From Mizuhopecten yessoensis (taxonomy: Eukaryota), in the NCBI RefSeq assembly GCF_002113885.1, contig NW_018408827.1:105553-169552 (forward strand): a stretch of DNA of 64,000 nucleotides, given 5' to 3'. The stretch's first letter is position 1, and each line of letters opens with the position of its first letter. Of this stretch, positions 51,860 to 64,000 are shown one piece after another. The notes beneath the pieces were generated by a model, which was not told the origin of the DNA, did not search any database, and saw only the letters and a list, made by a program, of their open reading frames with translations. The position numbers were made by a program, and so were the translations under genes.

Positions 51860-52809
51860 CGATAACGTAGAATTTTCATATAACGTCATACCTACAATAG
51901 TAATGAAATGGAGTCTTATGACCTTCTTGATATTCTTGTTTTATGGATAAGTATGTTGCCATATTTCAGGTAGATTAAACACGCTTATCTATTTATCTAA
52001 CGGTAACGGTCACATCGCCTACTAAAATTGCTTTTAACGACCGCGTAATCGTGTGTACTGTAGCTTTACGTTCACATCATCAGGGGCGGATAGGGGGTGG
52101 GGGGGGGGGGGGGGGGGTCACTATTTCAGATTTTAATACTTCAGCACCGCATGTACATAAATGTACATGTTACACGATTAACTTTAGTGTCGTTGTCTTG
52201 TCCAGCAGGTCAGTAATTACCAGTAATTTTTATGACATATTATAATGACATTACGACCAATGATATTTATTTTGACAAAGTATCAATTATTTAATTTAAT
52301 AATTTAATTTTAAAGCATCCTTTGGTTATGAAATTTACCAGGCCTAGCTACCAGTTATCATTAATTAAACAAACAAAAAAATCATGTACGTACTTTAAAT
52401 CAGATGAAATGTATCTAAAGCAGCCTTACTTGGGATCAGTTACTTGTACCTGTAAATTACCAGAAAACCGCTAAATGTTTGGTATCACTGGTCAATCGTG
52501 AAGGAGGTGTGCAATTTCCACACAAAACAGAAATAACTAACACAGGTAAATCCAGATGCGTTTTTTCATTACGTACATGTTTATGTACTAGTACTGTACT
52601 TTACAGTACAACCTTATTATTGATAGTTTTACAGGCGTTTTCATAATATGTAGCTTGCATTCAAGAAAAAATATTCAAAACATACCGATAGGATATATAA
52701 TAAACACGTATACGATGTACCATATTTCACTCGAGCCATTCCGATTTTTGTATTTGCTGTAGCATTTACGTCGCAGAATACATGTTCCAATTACTTCAAA
52801 ATATATTCA

Positions 52810-54736
52810 TATGTTCCGCCACTCGAGTACATTACACTCTGTGTGCAGTGTACATGTATATCATATTCTCTGATATAAAACATTTCGCTATCATAAAGTT
52901 GAAATATTTTATTGTTGAAATGTTATAAAATAAGCATGCTTACTTTGAGGGATTCTCGTCCTTTAACATAGCAGTGGCAAATTTAAAACCAAGGAGTTCT
53001 GTATCCCTTGCGATAGAACTGGGGGAATAACATTATATTTGAACCAAAATACGTGAGTCTAAATTGTACCATATGCCGTTTACTTCACAATGTATATTAA
53101 TATGTACGTCAGCGTGTAAACATTTGCTTGCAACGACCAAGAACCGGCCACAAGATATCTAACAAATAATGAACCAAACACAAGTATGATCCAGAATTTA
53201 TTAAAAATTAATGTTGTCTATACAATTTAGCACATAACTTTGTTGATATGGCATTTACAGTCTAAATGACTGAAACAGCGTTGTAGCGCACATGAAGATT
53301 GTTTTGTTGGCAAAACTATATCATTTGTATAAAATAATATTACCATATCAACACAGTTCAATACGTATATTTACTCCCTTTTTTAGTATTTTAATATCAT
53401 AAATTAATTAAAATATTTGTATAAAAATACCGCATATAGTTCAAAATGGTGAAGGTATTGTATATCCTTGTTCAATGAATAGTACACCCCTGTTCTAATG
53501 AGTGTCATCAGTTTCAAACTTTACGGTTATTACGTCATATAAATGATGACGTCAACACGTGAGCCATTGGATTTACAGTCTAAATTAATGCCACCTGAAT
53601 TTGGTAGGTTAATACGACTTTAAATGATTTTTTAACTCGTGGAATATTTACCATACTTATATTTATACCTCTGAGAGGAGTTGAGAAATTATTACGAACT
53701 AAATTTATAATTATATGCAAAACTGAACGACGTAATTAACAGCTGAACGATTAATGTATTTAATTGTAATAAGAAGGGAAATATTATATACCTTTAGTTC
53801 AAATCAAAGTTTTTATTGGCGGATTTATGCAAAGTGCAAAAGTGGGATTTTTCGATAAATACGATATAACCCCGAAAACAGAAAAAATATCTGTAAGATA
53901 AATAATGTATTCCAGCTTGGCACTTTCAAACTCGTTTAATTTTTTGAAAATTTGCTATCAATAGCACATGTAGCAATTAATGGCTTTGATCCAGATGACT
54001 TACTGTATAAATAGCAACAGTGACTGTGGCGTTGACCTTGGTACCTTACGAACTCATGTAAGGTTTTCTTGCATGACCTTCGCATAAACTTTGATGAAAA
54101 TCTGTTATGAAATCGCTTTTCGGCTTAAGGAAGATAGAGTTGTTTCCCTTTGTGTTACTAGCCTTAGAGTGACCGATTTCTACACGCTGATAACGTTTAA
54201 ATAACTTAAGTAATAAACTCTGGTATCTTGTATACTAAAATTCCTCTCGTTCCTTCTTTATCAATATCATTCAGTTCGTGTCGATTCACGTACGCTCTGT
54301 TTCGGTGATTCATTGTTATCCGGTTTTACTTTCGGTTTTGGCTTTCCACGAAATTAGGGAAATACCGATCAGGAGGATCGTCATTATTTGTTAGAGCTAA
54401 CACGGGAAGTAAGTATGCATTTAGCATTTATTTTATCATCAATGTTGTTTTCAAATGATGTTTTCTTGTGTGATTATTTGCTGTGTGCAGCCAATTATAT
54501 TAAATGTTAGATTGTTTACAAATGCAGGCCTACAGCGATCAGGAGATGACTCGAGTAGCGAGGACTTTGTACATTGTGAAGGGGCGGATGTCGGTTGTTT
54601 AGAATTCAGATCGTTTCCTTGATAGATCTCATATTATAATGTTTATTATTTGCATTATTTAAGAGTCATAAAAATGGAAATGCTACTTGTGCTAATGTCA
54701 AATCATACACCTTTAACTTCAGTTGTGGTTTAAGTT

Positions 54737-54809
<73 letters not shown>

Positions 54810-55455
54810 ACACATCCCCCTTCACAAACCCCATATACACCCCATCACTACACGTCCGACACATAAAACTAGATATTTTATATTGAAAAGGAGATAGTTA
54901 CAAGCAGAATTGCATTTTTACATCTCAGCTACAGTATACAGCTATACCTTCATCAGGCAGGCTGATCACATTTCTATACATACAAATAGTATGGACATAA
55001 AAGGTTTCATTGGTACATACATTAAGATGAAAAGTATGAATGTAGTTTTGTTTTCTAAAAATGTGTGCATGTACAAGTGTACATAACACCTACTCAGGTT
55101 TTTAGCAATCCAGTTCATTATGGCCGGGTTTGGTTGGGGTTTTAAATAGAAAACAAGCATGTACTTTTACTTTCTTTTAATACATTTCTCAGAAAACCAA
55201 ACCGGAATTTTGTAAACCAGTAGGTTTTGGAAAAACCCAAGCATTCAATATCATTACGACAACATTCTTATTCATGCACACATATTTATATAACCAAACG
55301 TGATACAACAATTAAAACTAAAGAAGTCTGAACAAATTAGTATCACTGTCAGACCTGGTGTAAGAGTTAGTGTAAAGGATGAGCTCCAGTCAAATATTGC
55401 TGAATAGCTTATTGAGTTGTAATGGATGTGTATATGATTGATTAAAGAGGAGAAG
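52810..55455 (+). promoter_or_regulatory. Upstream/promoter block and probable non-coding exon 1 of IFI44-like copy C
   Basis: Paralogous to 16650-18880. It contains TGACGTCA+CACGTG (53547-53561), the ISRE-like ggttttactttcggttttggctttcc (54322-54347) and a GTAAGT donor at 54409. Confidence 0.7.
54739..54806. repeat. (AC)n microsatellite, ~34 units
   Basis: Read directly. It begins a ~320-bp segment absent from the paralogous position upstream of copy A. Confidence 0.98.
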
Positions 55456-56759
55456 TCATATTTCTTATTGACTGACATTTCAAAAATTGTTTTGACTAAA
55501 TTTATTTCTAAATGCGTGTCCATGTAAGCTTTTACGATCAAACTGTGTATTTCACAATCTTAAGTCGATTTGTCAATGTTTAGGGTCACCTGTATGATCA
55601 CGGTATCGTAACAAAACAGGAACTGTTTATGTGGCTGGTGTGTAATGACAATTTATGAACCCATTACATGTACATGTATAACACTTTTACGAGAACGGGT
55701 GAAATATTGTATGAGAGCATTGGGTCGAGCAAGCTACATATAGGTAATTAGAGACAACCACAGGGACATGTCACACGCTATAACATAACAGACGACAAAC
55801 ATAAATATAGTCGTTGCAGTCTACATGTAAATTAGAAAAAGGAAACTAACAGACTATTAGCTAAAAAAACACCCCTCTATCAGTAAATTCGACATAACTG
55901 TGCCAAATACTTCTCTATTTTATAATCCTTACAATCAACAATTTATTCATTGTTAATAAATCATGTTCAAGTAATTCAACTTATCTACCAAACTGAACGT
56001 TTTCATACTTTTTAATAACTGTAAACACAGAGACACCGAGGGAATTCCAATATGACAATGATTGTCTTCCATCAGTTATATATTTTTAAAATATGTAAAA
56101 AAAAACATAATGAAAAATAAGTTGACTGATTTACACTGACTAATCAGGAAGGGATCCGGAGAAACAAATTTTTACCTGGTCACAAAACCAACTCGACAGG
56201 CACTAGGCCTTCATATCCAGGATTGTCTAGCCCTGCAAACTATGGGTTGAATATATTTATTTGTTTTGCATATCCTGAAAACTGCCATTTAAATTTACTT
56301 ATTTATTTACGTCTCAACTCATTGAATAGTACATACATAAATACATAAATCGTCATTAAAATACACACATTTTAAAACATATTTCTCAACACTATAAAAT
56401 GAGCCTATTGCTATTGAATAACAGTGTATTAGAGACGAGTTGCATGCAATCATACATCAGTAAATCATCACATAATTCATCTAAAATATTAGCCTATAAG
56501 TCAACCTTATCTTTGCTAAAATGTATTCGTTTTATCATGGAATCATATAGCATATACATGAGATACAGCAGTTAGAAATATGATAATCAGTGATTCAGTA
56601 TAAATACATTAATTATATTCATATCATAAAATAATATCATTAAGGTCATATACATAAATTTAACAGAACATATTTAGAACATTGAGCATAGAAAGATTCA
56701 CCAAGGTATAAAATATTTCTGAATATATATATATATCATTTTTCTTTCAAGTAAACAAA

Positions 56760-59700
56760 ATGGCGACAGAGCTCACACAAGCCCACAAGGATCAACTTTC
56801 TAAATGGATTGATTCCACTAAGAACCACAAGTTTACCTTACTGTACAAGATCAGCCGTGATGGATGTGTAGCTCCAACCTTCCATAGTCTTTGTGACAAC
56901 AAGGGGCCGACAGTCACCGTCCTGTACAATACTGACAAGTCGGTATACGGGGCTTACACTGCTGTCAGCTGGCATTCTAATGGTGCCTATAGCGTCGACG
57001 CTAAAGCGTTTCTGTTTAAACTAGAGTATAACGGTACAGCACAGCCAATGAAGTTTCCCAACAAAACAGGCGGAACAAGCGCAATCTATGGGGATGCGAG
57101 TTATGGTCCAACATTTGGCGGACATGACCTTCATTCTTTTTCTGCTACAGTGAACAAATCCGGAAATAATTTTCCTTTAAATGGTAACACCAACGCATTC
57201 GGAGGAACCTATGACGTACAAGGGCAGAACTACAACTCTGTGATGAATGGTCACTTACAGGTTCTGGACCTCGAGGTCTACAGTATCGAAGGTAACACGG
57301 GGCACATCCATTAATACTGATTTTGAATGTTAAATGCTTGCAAACGTCTACTCATTGCATCAAAGCTATGTAATTGAGGTATTCTTGATAGTGGCTGTTC
57401 TAGATCCTCCAAATGGCTGGTAAAATAAACTATGGTTTTCAATGTTTATAAAGTAAATCAGCCAAAACAAAGTGATTCAGTGAAAAAATGAATTTTTGAC
57501 GCATAAATGATATACATGTACGTTATGATATAAAAATGCATTTTAGAATGTAAGTACCAGGGTTAAGTATGAATGTTGGGTTTGCGTAACAGTAATATTT
57601 GAAATGACATAATATATGTTTTGAAGCTGTCTGTCTGTCTGTCCAACAATAATATTTTTTAAAGAAGTACATGGCTTATGCTCATGTCAATATTATCTCT
57701 CCATCTGACTACTTACAGAACAGGAGCTGCTACAAAAGCCGTGGATTCGGAATGTGGACTGGAGTCGTAAGGTCTGTAATGTATACATATATTTGTATAG
57801 CAGTATTTGTATAACTGTAATGTATAACAGTATTTACGTTTTAAACTGTTTAGATGTATCGCTGTATTTCACTTTTTTGTTGTTATTTTTTAGATTGATA
57901 ATGATAACCGATTAATTAGGCATCTATATCAATCATAGAAAAACAAGCATTTCAGTAGAGTAAATATTGTGAAATGGTGAAAATTATATTACTTTGAACA
58001 TTATAGTACAGGTATTATGATAAGTCATGCGTCATACGTAAAGTACTCTTTTCAGCATTCGCGATACTCACTTCCTTTCTCTGCACCCCTGGAATATGTC
58101 ATGACGAAATTGAAAGCTATTAACTTGGCACTGTGTGGATGAGACAAGAAGATAAGTTTGATCCTTTGATGTACTTCAAAAGATCTCGCGATCGCATACC
58201 GGTAAAACTAGCTGTGTAGTCGGGTGTCGCCTTCACCAAAATCAAATAACTTTATTGCGCATTCAATTTTGCTATGACATATTCCAGCATAAGTGACCGC
58301 AATCTGTCTAGTATCAAAGATGTCCATGTTACATAGTTTAGTAGACCATAAAGTAAATAATGCGTGTTTTCCTACACAGAGTGAAAAGTACGGCCAAAGA
58401 GGGTTTAACCATGGTCAATTATAGTCGGTCAGTTACTATAAATGGACAACCAAATTGCAACAAAACCATGATTTAAATATGGTCTAACTTACATTTGAAT
58501 ACTTTCACATACATATCTTTATAGTCCTTCATCTTTAGAGTGCTGTTCATAATCAAATTGTTCTCCGTCCGTAGTCGTTCATCTTTTCACAATGCATTGG
58601 ACAGATATCTCTCAAATTTCATATAAAGGTTTCCGTTGTTCAATATTTGTGCATTTTGTTTTCTTTTAGACTAAACAGGAAATCGAGATGGCCGCCAGGC
58701 AGCCATCTTGGATTGTAATAGATCAAGATTAATACTTCTTTTTCTCAAGACGTATAACAGATCTTTCATGAAGGTTATCCTTGATTGGTAGTTGAGCATG
58801 TTTCTTTATGAGACTGTTTTGAAAAACAGTATGACAACAAGGCCGTAATCTTTTATTCTGACAGCTCGAGATGGTATCAATATTTCACAAAATGTGTCTG
58901 ACAGAATAAAATTTTTTAAATTTCATATGTATGTTACAATATTCCCTTCGACATCGGTTGTGCATATTTTATTTTGAGACTAATCAGGGGGAAAAAAAGA
59001 ACAACAAAAGCTGACTGTAAAGTATATCTAAATACACATATATATCAGGTTGTTTTTTTATAAATGAGCAACCTGTACTAGCTGTCAGTTGTAATGGGGC
59101 TAGCTTTGGTGCTTACTGCATTAACAGATGATTTTTTTTCAAATCTTGTGTCACACAAATCACTGCTGCCATAGTCTGTGTTGATGCAATTATCTTAAAT
59201 TGAAATGCCTTCTAAAACTTTACACAATAATGTATGCCTTCTTCCAAAGTATCATTGTAAGCCTATCGCTCACTGGGTTATAGCCATTTGTATATATCGG
59301 CTTCATAAGGCATTGATTGGTTCATTCTATATTCAAAGTGGGATAAGAATTCTCGGACTTCTTTTGACGACATTCAGTTTATGATGAGGCTTTGTAGAAT
59401 CGTTTCAATTTTGGCAAGTATGATGGAGTATGGTCATGTCAGGTGTCACCATGGTGGTTGCTCGTGGTCAGTTAAATGAGCATGGGTGATTATATGTGAC
59501 CATGGTGTAATTTGTTTTATCTCCAAAACAGATACATTAACGGGATGTGAGTAGCATCGCTGCTTTCTAAGAAACAAAACAATTCAGATAATAAGATCTC
59601 TAATTAATCTAGTTTCTTGGTATACAGTTTGAGGAAGAGGTAAAGAACAAGGTGGCCACCTATAAACCGTTACCCGGATTGGACCTCCAGCAGGCGAGGA

Positions 59701-62386
59701 TCCTGTTGGTTGGTCAGGTCGGGGCAGGGAAGTCTAGCTACTTCAACACCATCAACTCCATCTTCCGGGGACACATAAGCGCCCAGGCCAACGCTGGAAG
59801 CGCTGAACATAGTCTTACAACATCTGTAAGTATAACATTAAATAGCAAACCAAAACATGTGTAACATTCTTTTGAATCTGCATCATGACGTCAAAGACTA
59901 GGCCACTTCTATTTATTTTTTATTTATTATATTTTTTATGAAACAATTGGATCAGCAGATCAGTTCCATGTTTTCAATGTTTCATGTGAAAAGGTTACTA
60001 AAGAAAACGATTCAGCATATCTGTAGGGACCGTAATAAGGCATATGGTGATACAAAATGAAGTAAGACAGAAGAAATGACTTGAAACATGTCAACGTTCC
60101 AAGGATGTTTAAACAGCTGAACCTGTATCAAGTCATAAGTATGAGTGATAGTGCCCAATAAAATATTTTGATAGTTATAACATACAAAAATGCCAATCCG
60201 AGGCGTATATTTCACAAGAATGCCATGTCATTGCGTGGTATTCATTGTCTATAAACCCATCTCACCTCGTCATCTCTCCATCAAGTCTACATTTAAAAGC
60301 CTTCTCCTGAATAAGACATAAGATTTGAACTAAGTTTGGTTGGCATGATCATAAGTTCAATGAGATTCAATCTTGTATAGATAAAGGGGCGTGCCGGAGA
60401 GTTTGAAATATCCTTTCAGCAAAGTGATTATAATTTTGCATTCATATAGTCGGTATGACCTTTGAGGTAGGTGGGATATAGTGCCCTTGAATTGGGGGAT
60501 TTCGGATAATATAGGGCTGTACCACTGGGATCCAATTATATAACCACATACATTCAAAGTGGGCATACAAAACGAATTTGAGCTGGGGTTCACCCTTCTG
60601 ATGGACTTAGTCTGAAACTGCATATATCGTCGATGGGCACAAAGTGGCAAACAAATCAATATATCATCTAAATCAGGATTTATCCTAAGGTCCGTCTTCT
60701 AGAGTTTCTGAGTCAAAACATATCCAATATGGAAATCCGCACCTTAACGCCATATTGAAATTGCTAGGCATGATGGAATGTATGAACTCATGCTAACAGC
60801 ATTTGCCAATGGGCCCAGTCCTGCCACAGAGGTTTGATTTTCTGAGTAATTACACAGATATAATTGGATCCCTATTCCATAACCTTATATACGTACATTT
60901 GTTACAATGGTTGTCCTATGGATCCCTGTTGAACTGTTTTGACCCTCAATTTATACATAAGTATATTCATATTGATCACAACCAAACTTATCATTAAGCA
61001 CCATTGATCATACGGACCAAGTGGTCGAGTTTTGAATTCAGAAAGTATTAATTTTGTTGAGGGCTTAGATGTTATATTCAAAAAGGAGTAACTTGCAGAT
61101 GTTTAAGTCTTTAAGAACCTACTCTTCGTGTTCAGTAAATTGAGCATATTGTAATCACACTGGTTAGGAGGCTTCCCTGTAATTAGGGCACACGGTTTTT
61201 TGATAATGGAAAGTGTCGTCTCCTTCAGTGCTGAGAGGCGAACCAAAAATAGGAAAATGTTTGTAGTACACTACAATCAGACCTGTTTTATAGGTCATCT
61301 TCAAGAGAAGTCCAAGAAGTGGTCAATCATTGTAATTTGTCTCTATATAAACGTTTAGCTTTGATACAATAGGGTGCTTTAAAATCAGTTCCATTAAACA
61401 AGTGATATCTTTATAGATGTGGTCAGCAGGATTAGCAGGATTACTTCTGATGAGCTGTTTATCATAATTGCTTACACATCCAGGTTAGCTAAGGGCCATC
61501 TTCGCCTCTTGAATTGTAGTGGATCAAACGAAACTGTGAACTGGCTAACGTGAAACTAGAAACTACTATAAACTTATGAACTGGATTTCATGAAAGTATG
61601 CAATGGCATAGATGAACTTGAACTGATTTACATAAAACCTTTTACTACATTAAAACTAGGTACTTACTCAAGTGAAAAATGAACGTAAAACACACACACT
61701 TGTGATTACAAAAGTTTGGTAATATTTACAGATGCCAAACATGAATGACACTGCATCATGCAGCTGTTTCGTTCTTTTAGAGTCATCGGTAATAGTAGGG
61801 GCCAAAACGTGTTTGAATTCCAATAGGTCTAAACTGCTGTTGAAAAAAGAAAAACAGTCAATGTGGCTATCAAATGGCAAACTCCAGGGACTAAGAAATC
61901 CACCAGCAGAATCTACCACCTTGTACAAATGTATCTTGAAGATGAAGGTAACACACAAGCAGGTGTTTGCACCTGAAACTATGAACTGATTCACATGAAA
62001 CCGTATACAACCTCAGGTAAAACTTAACACATGTATTGACTTATGTAAAACTATACTGGCTTGATAAATTATGAGGTGACTGAACTATCAATATTATGAT
62101 CTGGCTCAAGTTGATCTAGAAATTGGGTCATGTTCTCGTTAAGGTACTGGTTCTTGCTGAATTCTCTGTATTTGCTGATTCAAAATAAACTTGAGAAAGC
62201 GTAATTATTGTTTTTCTCTCTCTATTTTGCAACGTTTAGTATAGGACATATCAAGTAAGGGACGGATATGCTGGAAAACCTCTCAACTTTCGGTTATGCG
62301 ACACACGTGGCCTTGAAGAGGACCAAGGTCTTGATGATCATGAGATTGGTTATCTACTTGAGGGTCACGTACCAGACAAGTACAAG
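56760..62386 (+). CDS. IFI44L: IFI44-like copy C (TLDc + GTPase-like), 3' exons beyond window end
   Basis: Exons 56760-57291 (TLDc), 57719-57771, 59628-59825 (GQVGAGKS) and 62240-62386 (DTRG) are open and phase-consistent. The last two coding exons are expected after 64000. Confidence 0.88.
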
Positions 62387-64000
62387 GTGAGTGTGTATGT
62401 GTCTTTGTACAGACAATTACCTGTGTTTGTTCCTGGGGTTAATATGTTACAAGCCATTCGTTTCTTTTTTATTTTGACAGATTTCGTTTTTTCCTCACAG
62501 CTGTCATGCGTTGGTTCCCTTTTGTGCATCTACATAGTGCATTTCGAAACTGATCGGAGGACCAAAATGGCTGCAAGACCGACATCTTGGATTTTAAAAT
62601 GAAATTTGCTATCGCGTTTTTTTTAAACAATTGACAGAAATATTTGATTTTTTTTAAACTTTGATATGGTTTGAAGGTTCCCCTGGTCTTTAAATAATAT
62701 GCATGATCGATCAATACATCATAGGTCTGAAGTTTTATCAGAAAGGTGCAATACACATAGATATAAGTAAAATTCAATTTATGGGTGGTGGAAAGTATTA
62801 TTACGAGTAGTTTCATTACGAAATTAGAAAAATAACAGAAAAAACGCCCAAAGATATTTGATTATTGCTTTAAAAATATTCAGTGTACATGCATTCATTT
62901 GATTCTCCTACCTCTGCCGAAATGTTGATTTCATTTGAGGCATATACAAGAAGCGGTTTATTACAATTAGTAATGCTTCACAAAATGAAGCTTGACGTTT
63001 GAGCATTTGATTTGGTTCGTAAAACGTCTTCTTGTTAAATACCTTTGGCGTTGGGGCTTTTTATTTGCTAGTGGCTTCCTGCTATAAAGCTTGACAAATT
63101 CTGCAAAATATACTTTGACTACATTTTAAAGTCCCAGTAGTCAAAATGTGAAATGGGATTTCAGACAATAAGTTTGTAAACAGCAATGACCAATATTGAA
63201 AATCAAACTGTTTATATCGCTTTTCTGTTTTTTAGAACCAAACAGCACAAAGTCATCGCGTTTGGCAGGTAGCATTTGCGAAATGAAATGGTCCCGTCTC
63301 TTACTAAAGTCCTCAAACTTTAAACGTTAGAACAGAAGGAGCTAGATTGGTAATATTTGGTTACTAACTTTCTGGCGTTGAGTGCAAAGACAATTATTGA
63401 AAATAAATTATTTTGAATTAGGACAAAGTGATCAACTTTATTTAAATGCTGAAATGGCTTCCAATACTTTAACGGCATGGAGTACTAAACAGTTGGTTTA
63501 ACGAAATAATCTTCATTTATGTTCAAGGTTACGGGGTCCTTTTTACAAAGATTAACTAACATAGAAAGAACTAAGGCCTAGAGTCAAAACATTTGGCTAG
63601 TAACACTTGCTAGCATGGAAAGCTACAAAATTTGCATAAAGAAAATAACTTTTCTTATAATCATAGTCAATCGGGTCCAATGTGTTACAGCTAAGACAAT
63701 TTCTTCTGAATAGTCAAGAGGCATTGGGGAATGTACGGACTACAAGTGTGTTCAAATGAATAACCTTAACCAAATTGTAAGGTCATAGGGGTAAAATACA
63801 ATCATTAAATAGCCTGATGACAGCATGCCTAGCAGGCTGCAACATGTCGGCCACCAAGTAAAAACTGGAAACCAGGCCCCGGAATCTCGAAACATCTTTA
63901 ATTCTCAATTCTTAACTTTAAATTCCTACGCTAAGTACATACTTAGCTGATAAGTTCTTAAATGGTGGATCTGAAAGGCGTTCTGAAATATTTGAGAACG

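Noticed and set aside
52081-52117. G-run / G-quadruplex candidate
   Set aside because: Short poly-G after caggggcggat, typical of a repeat-end fragment, and homopolymer length is unreliable.

Overview
AT-rich eukaryotic genomic DNA with spliceosomal introns, most likely a bivalve mollusc judging from the gene families and repeat types. There is one assembly gap at 1060-1451. Spliced gene models were built by eye from GT-AG sites and codon-phase continuity. (1) The 3' five coding exons of a carbohydrate sulfotransferase 15 (CHST15/GalNAc4S-6ST)-like gene (+, 2585-6584). (2) A convergent, secreted ependymin-related gene (-, 14986-8507, ~251 aa) whose first intron holds two LINE remnants. One LINE has its C-terminal zinc-knuckle codons amplified into a 30-copy minisatellite. 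(3) A tandem array of three IFI44/IFI44L-like genes (N-terminal TLDc domain plus P-loop GTPase-like domain), all on +, whose members have diverged. Copy A (~504 aa) has an acidic/basic linker extension and a unique hydrophobic C-terminal tail. Copy B has an in-frame TAG in an exon bracketed by a near-perfect 237-bp inverted duplication that includes a splice donor. Copy C looks intact but runs off the window end. Copies A and C share a ~2.2-kb paralogous upstream block with IRF-element/ISRE-like motifs and a CRE+E-box. The rest is SINEs, Helentron-like (HINE) elements, TA-flanked MITEs and minisatellites. Most ORFs in the supplied track are spurious or are exon fragments. The IFI44-like family is already known to be expanded in bivalves, so any novelty here lies in how the copies differ rather than in the family itself.
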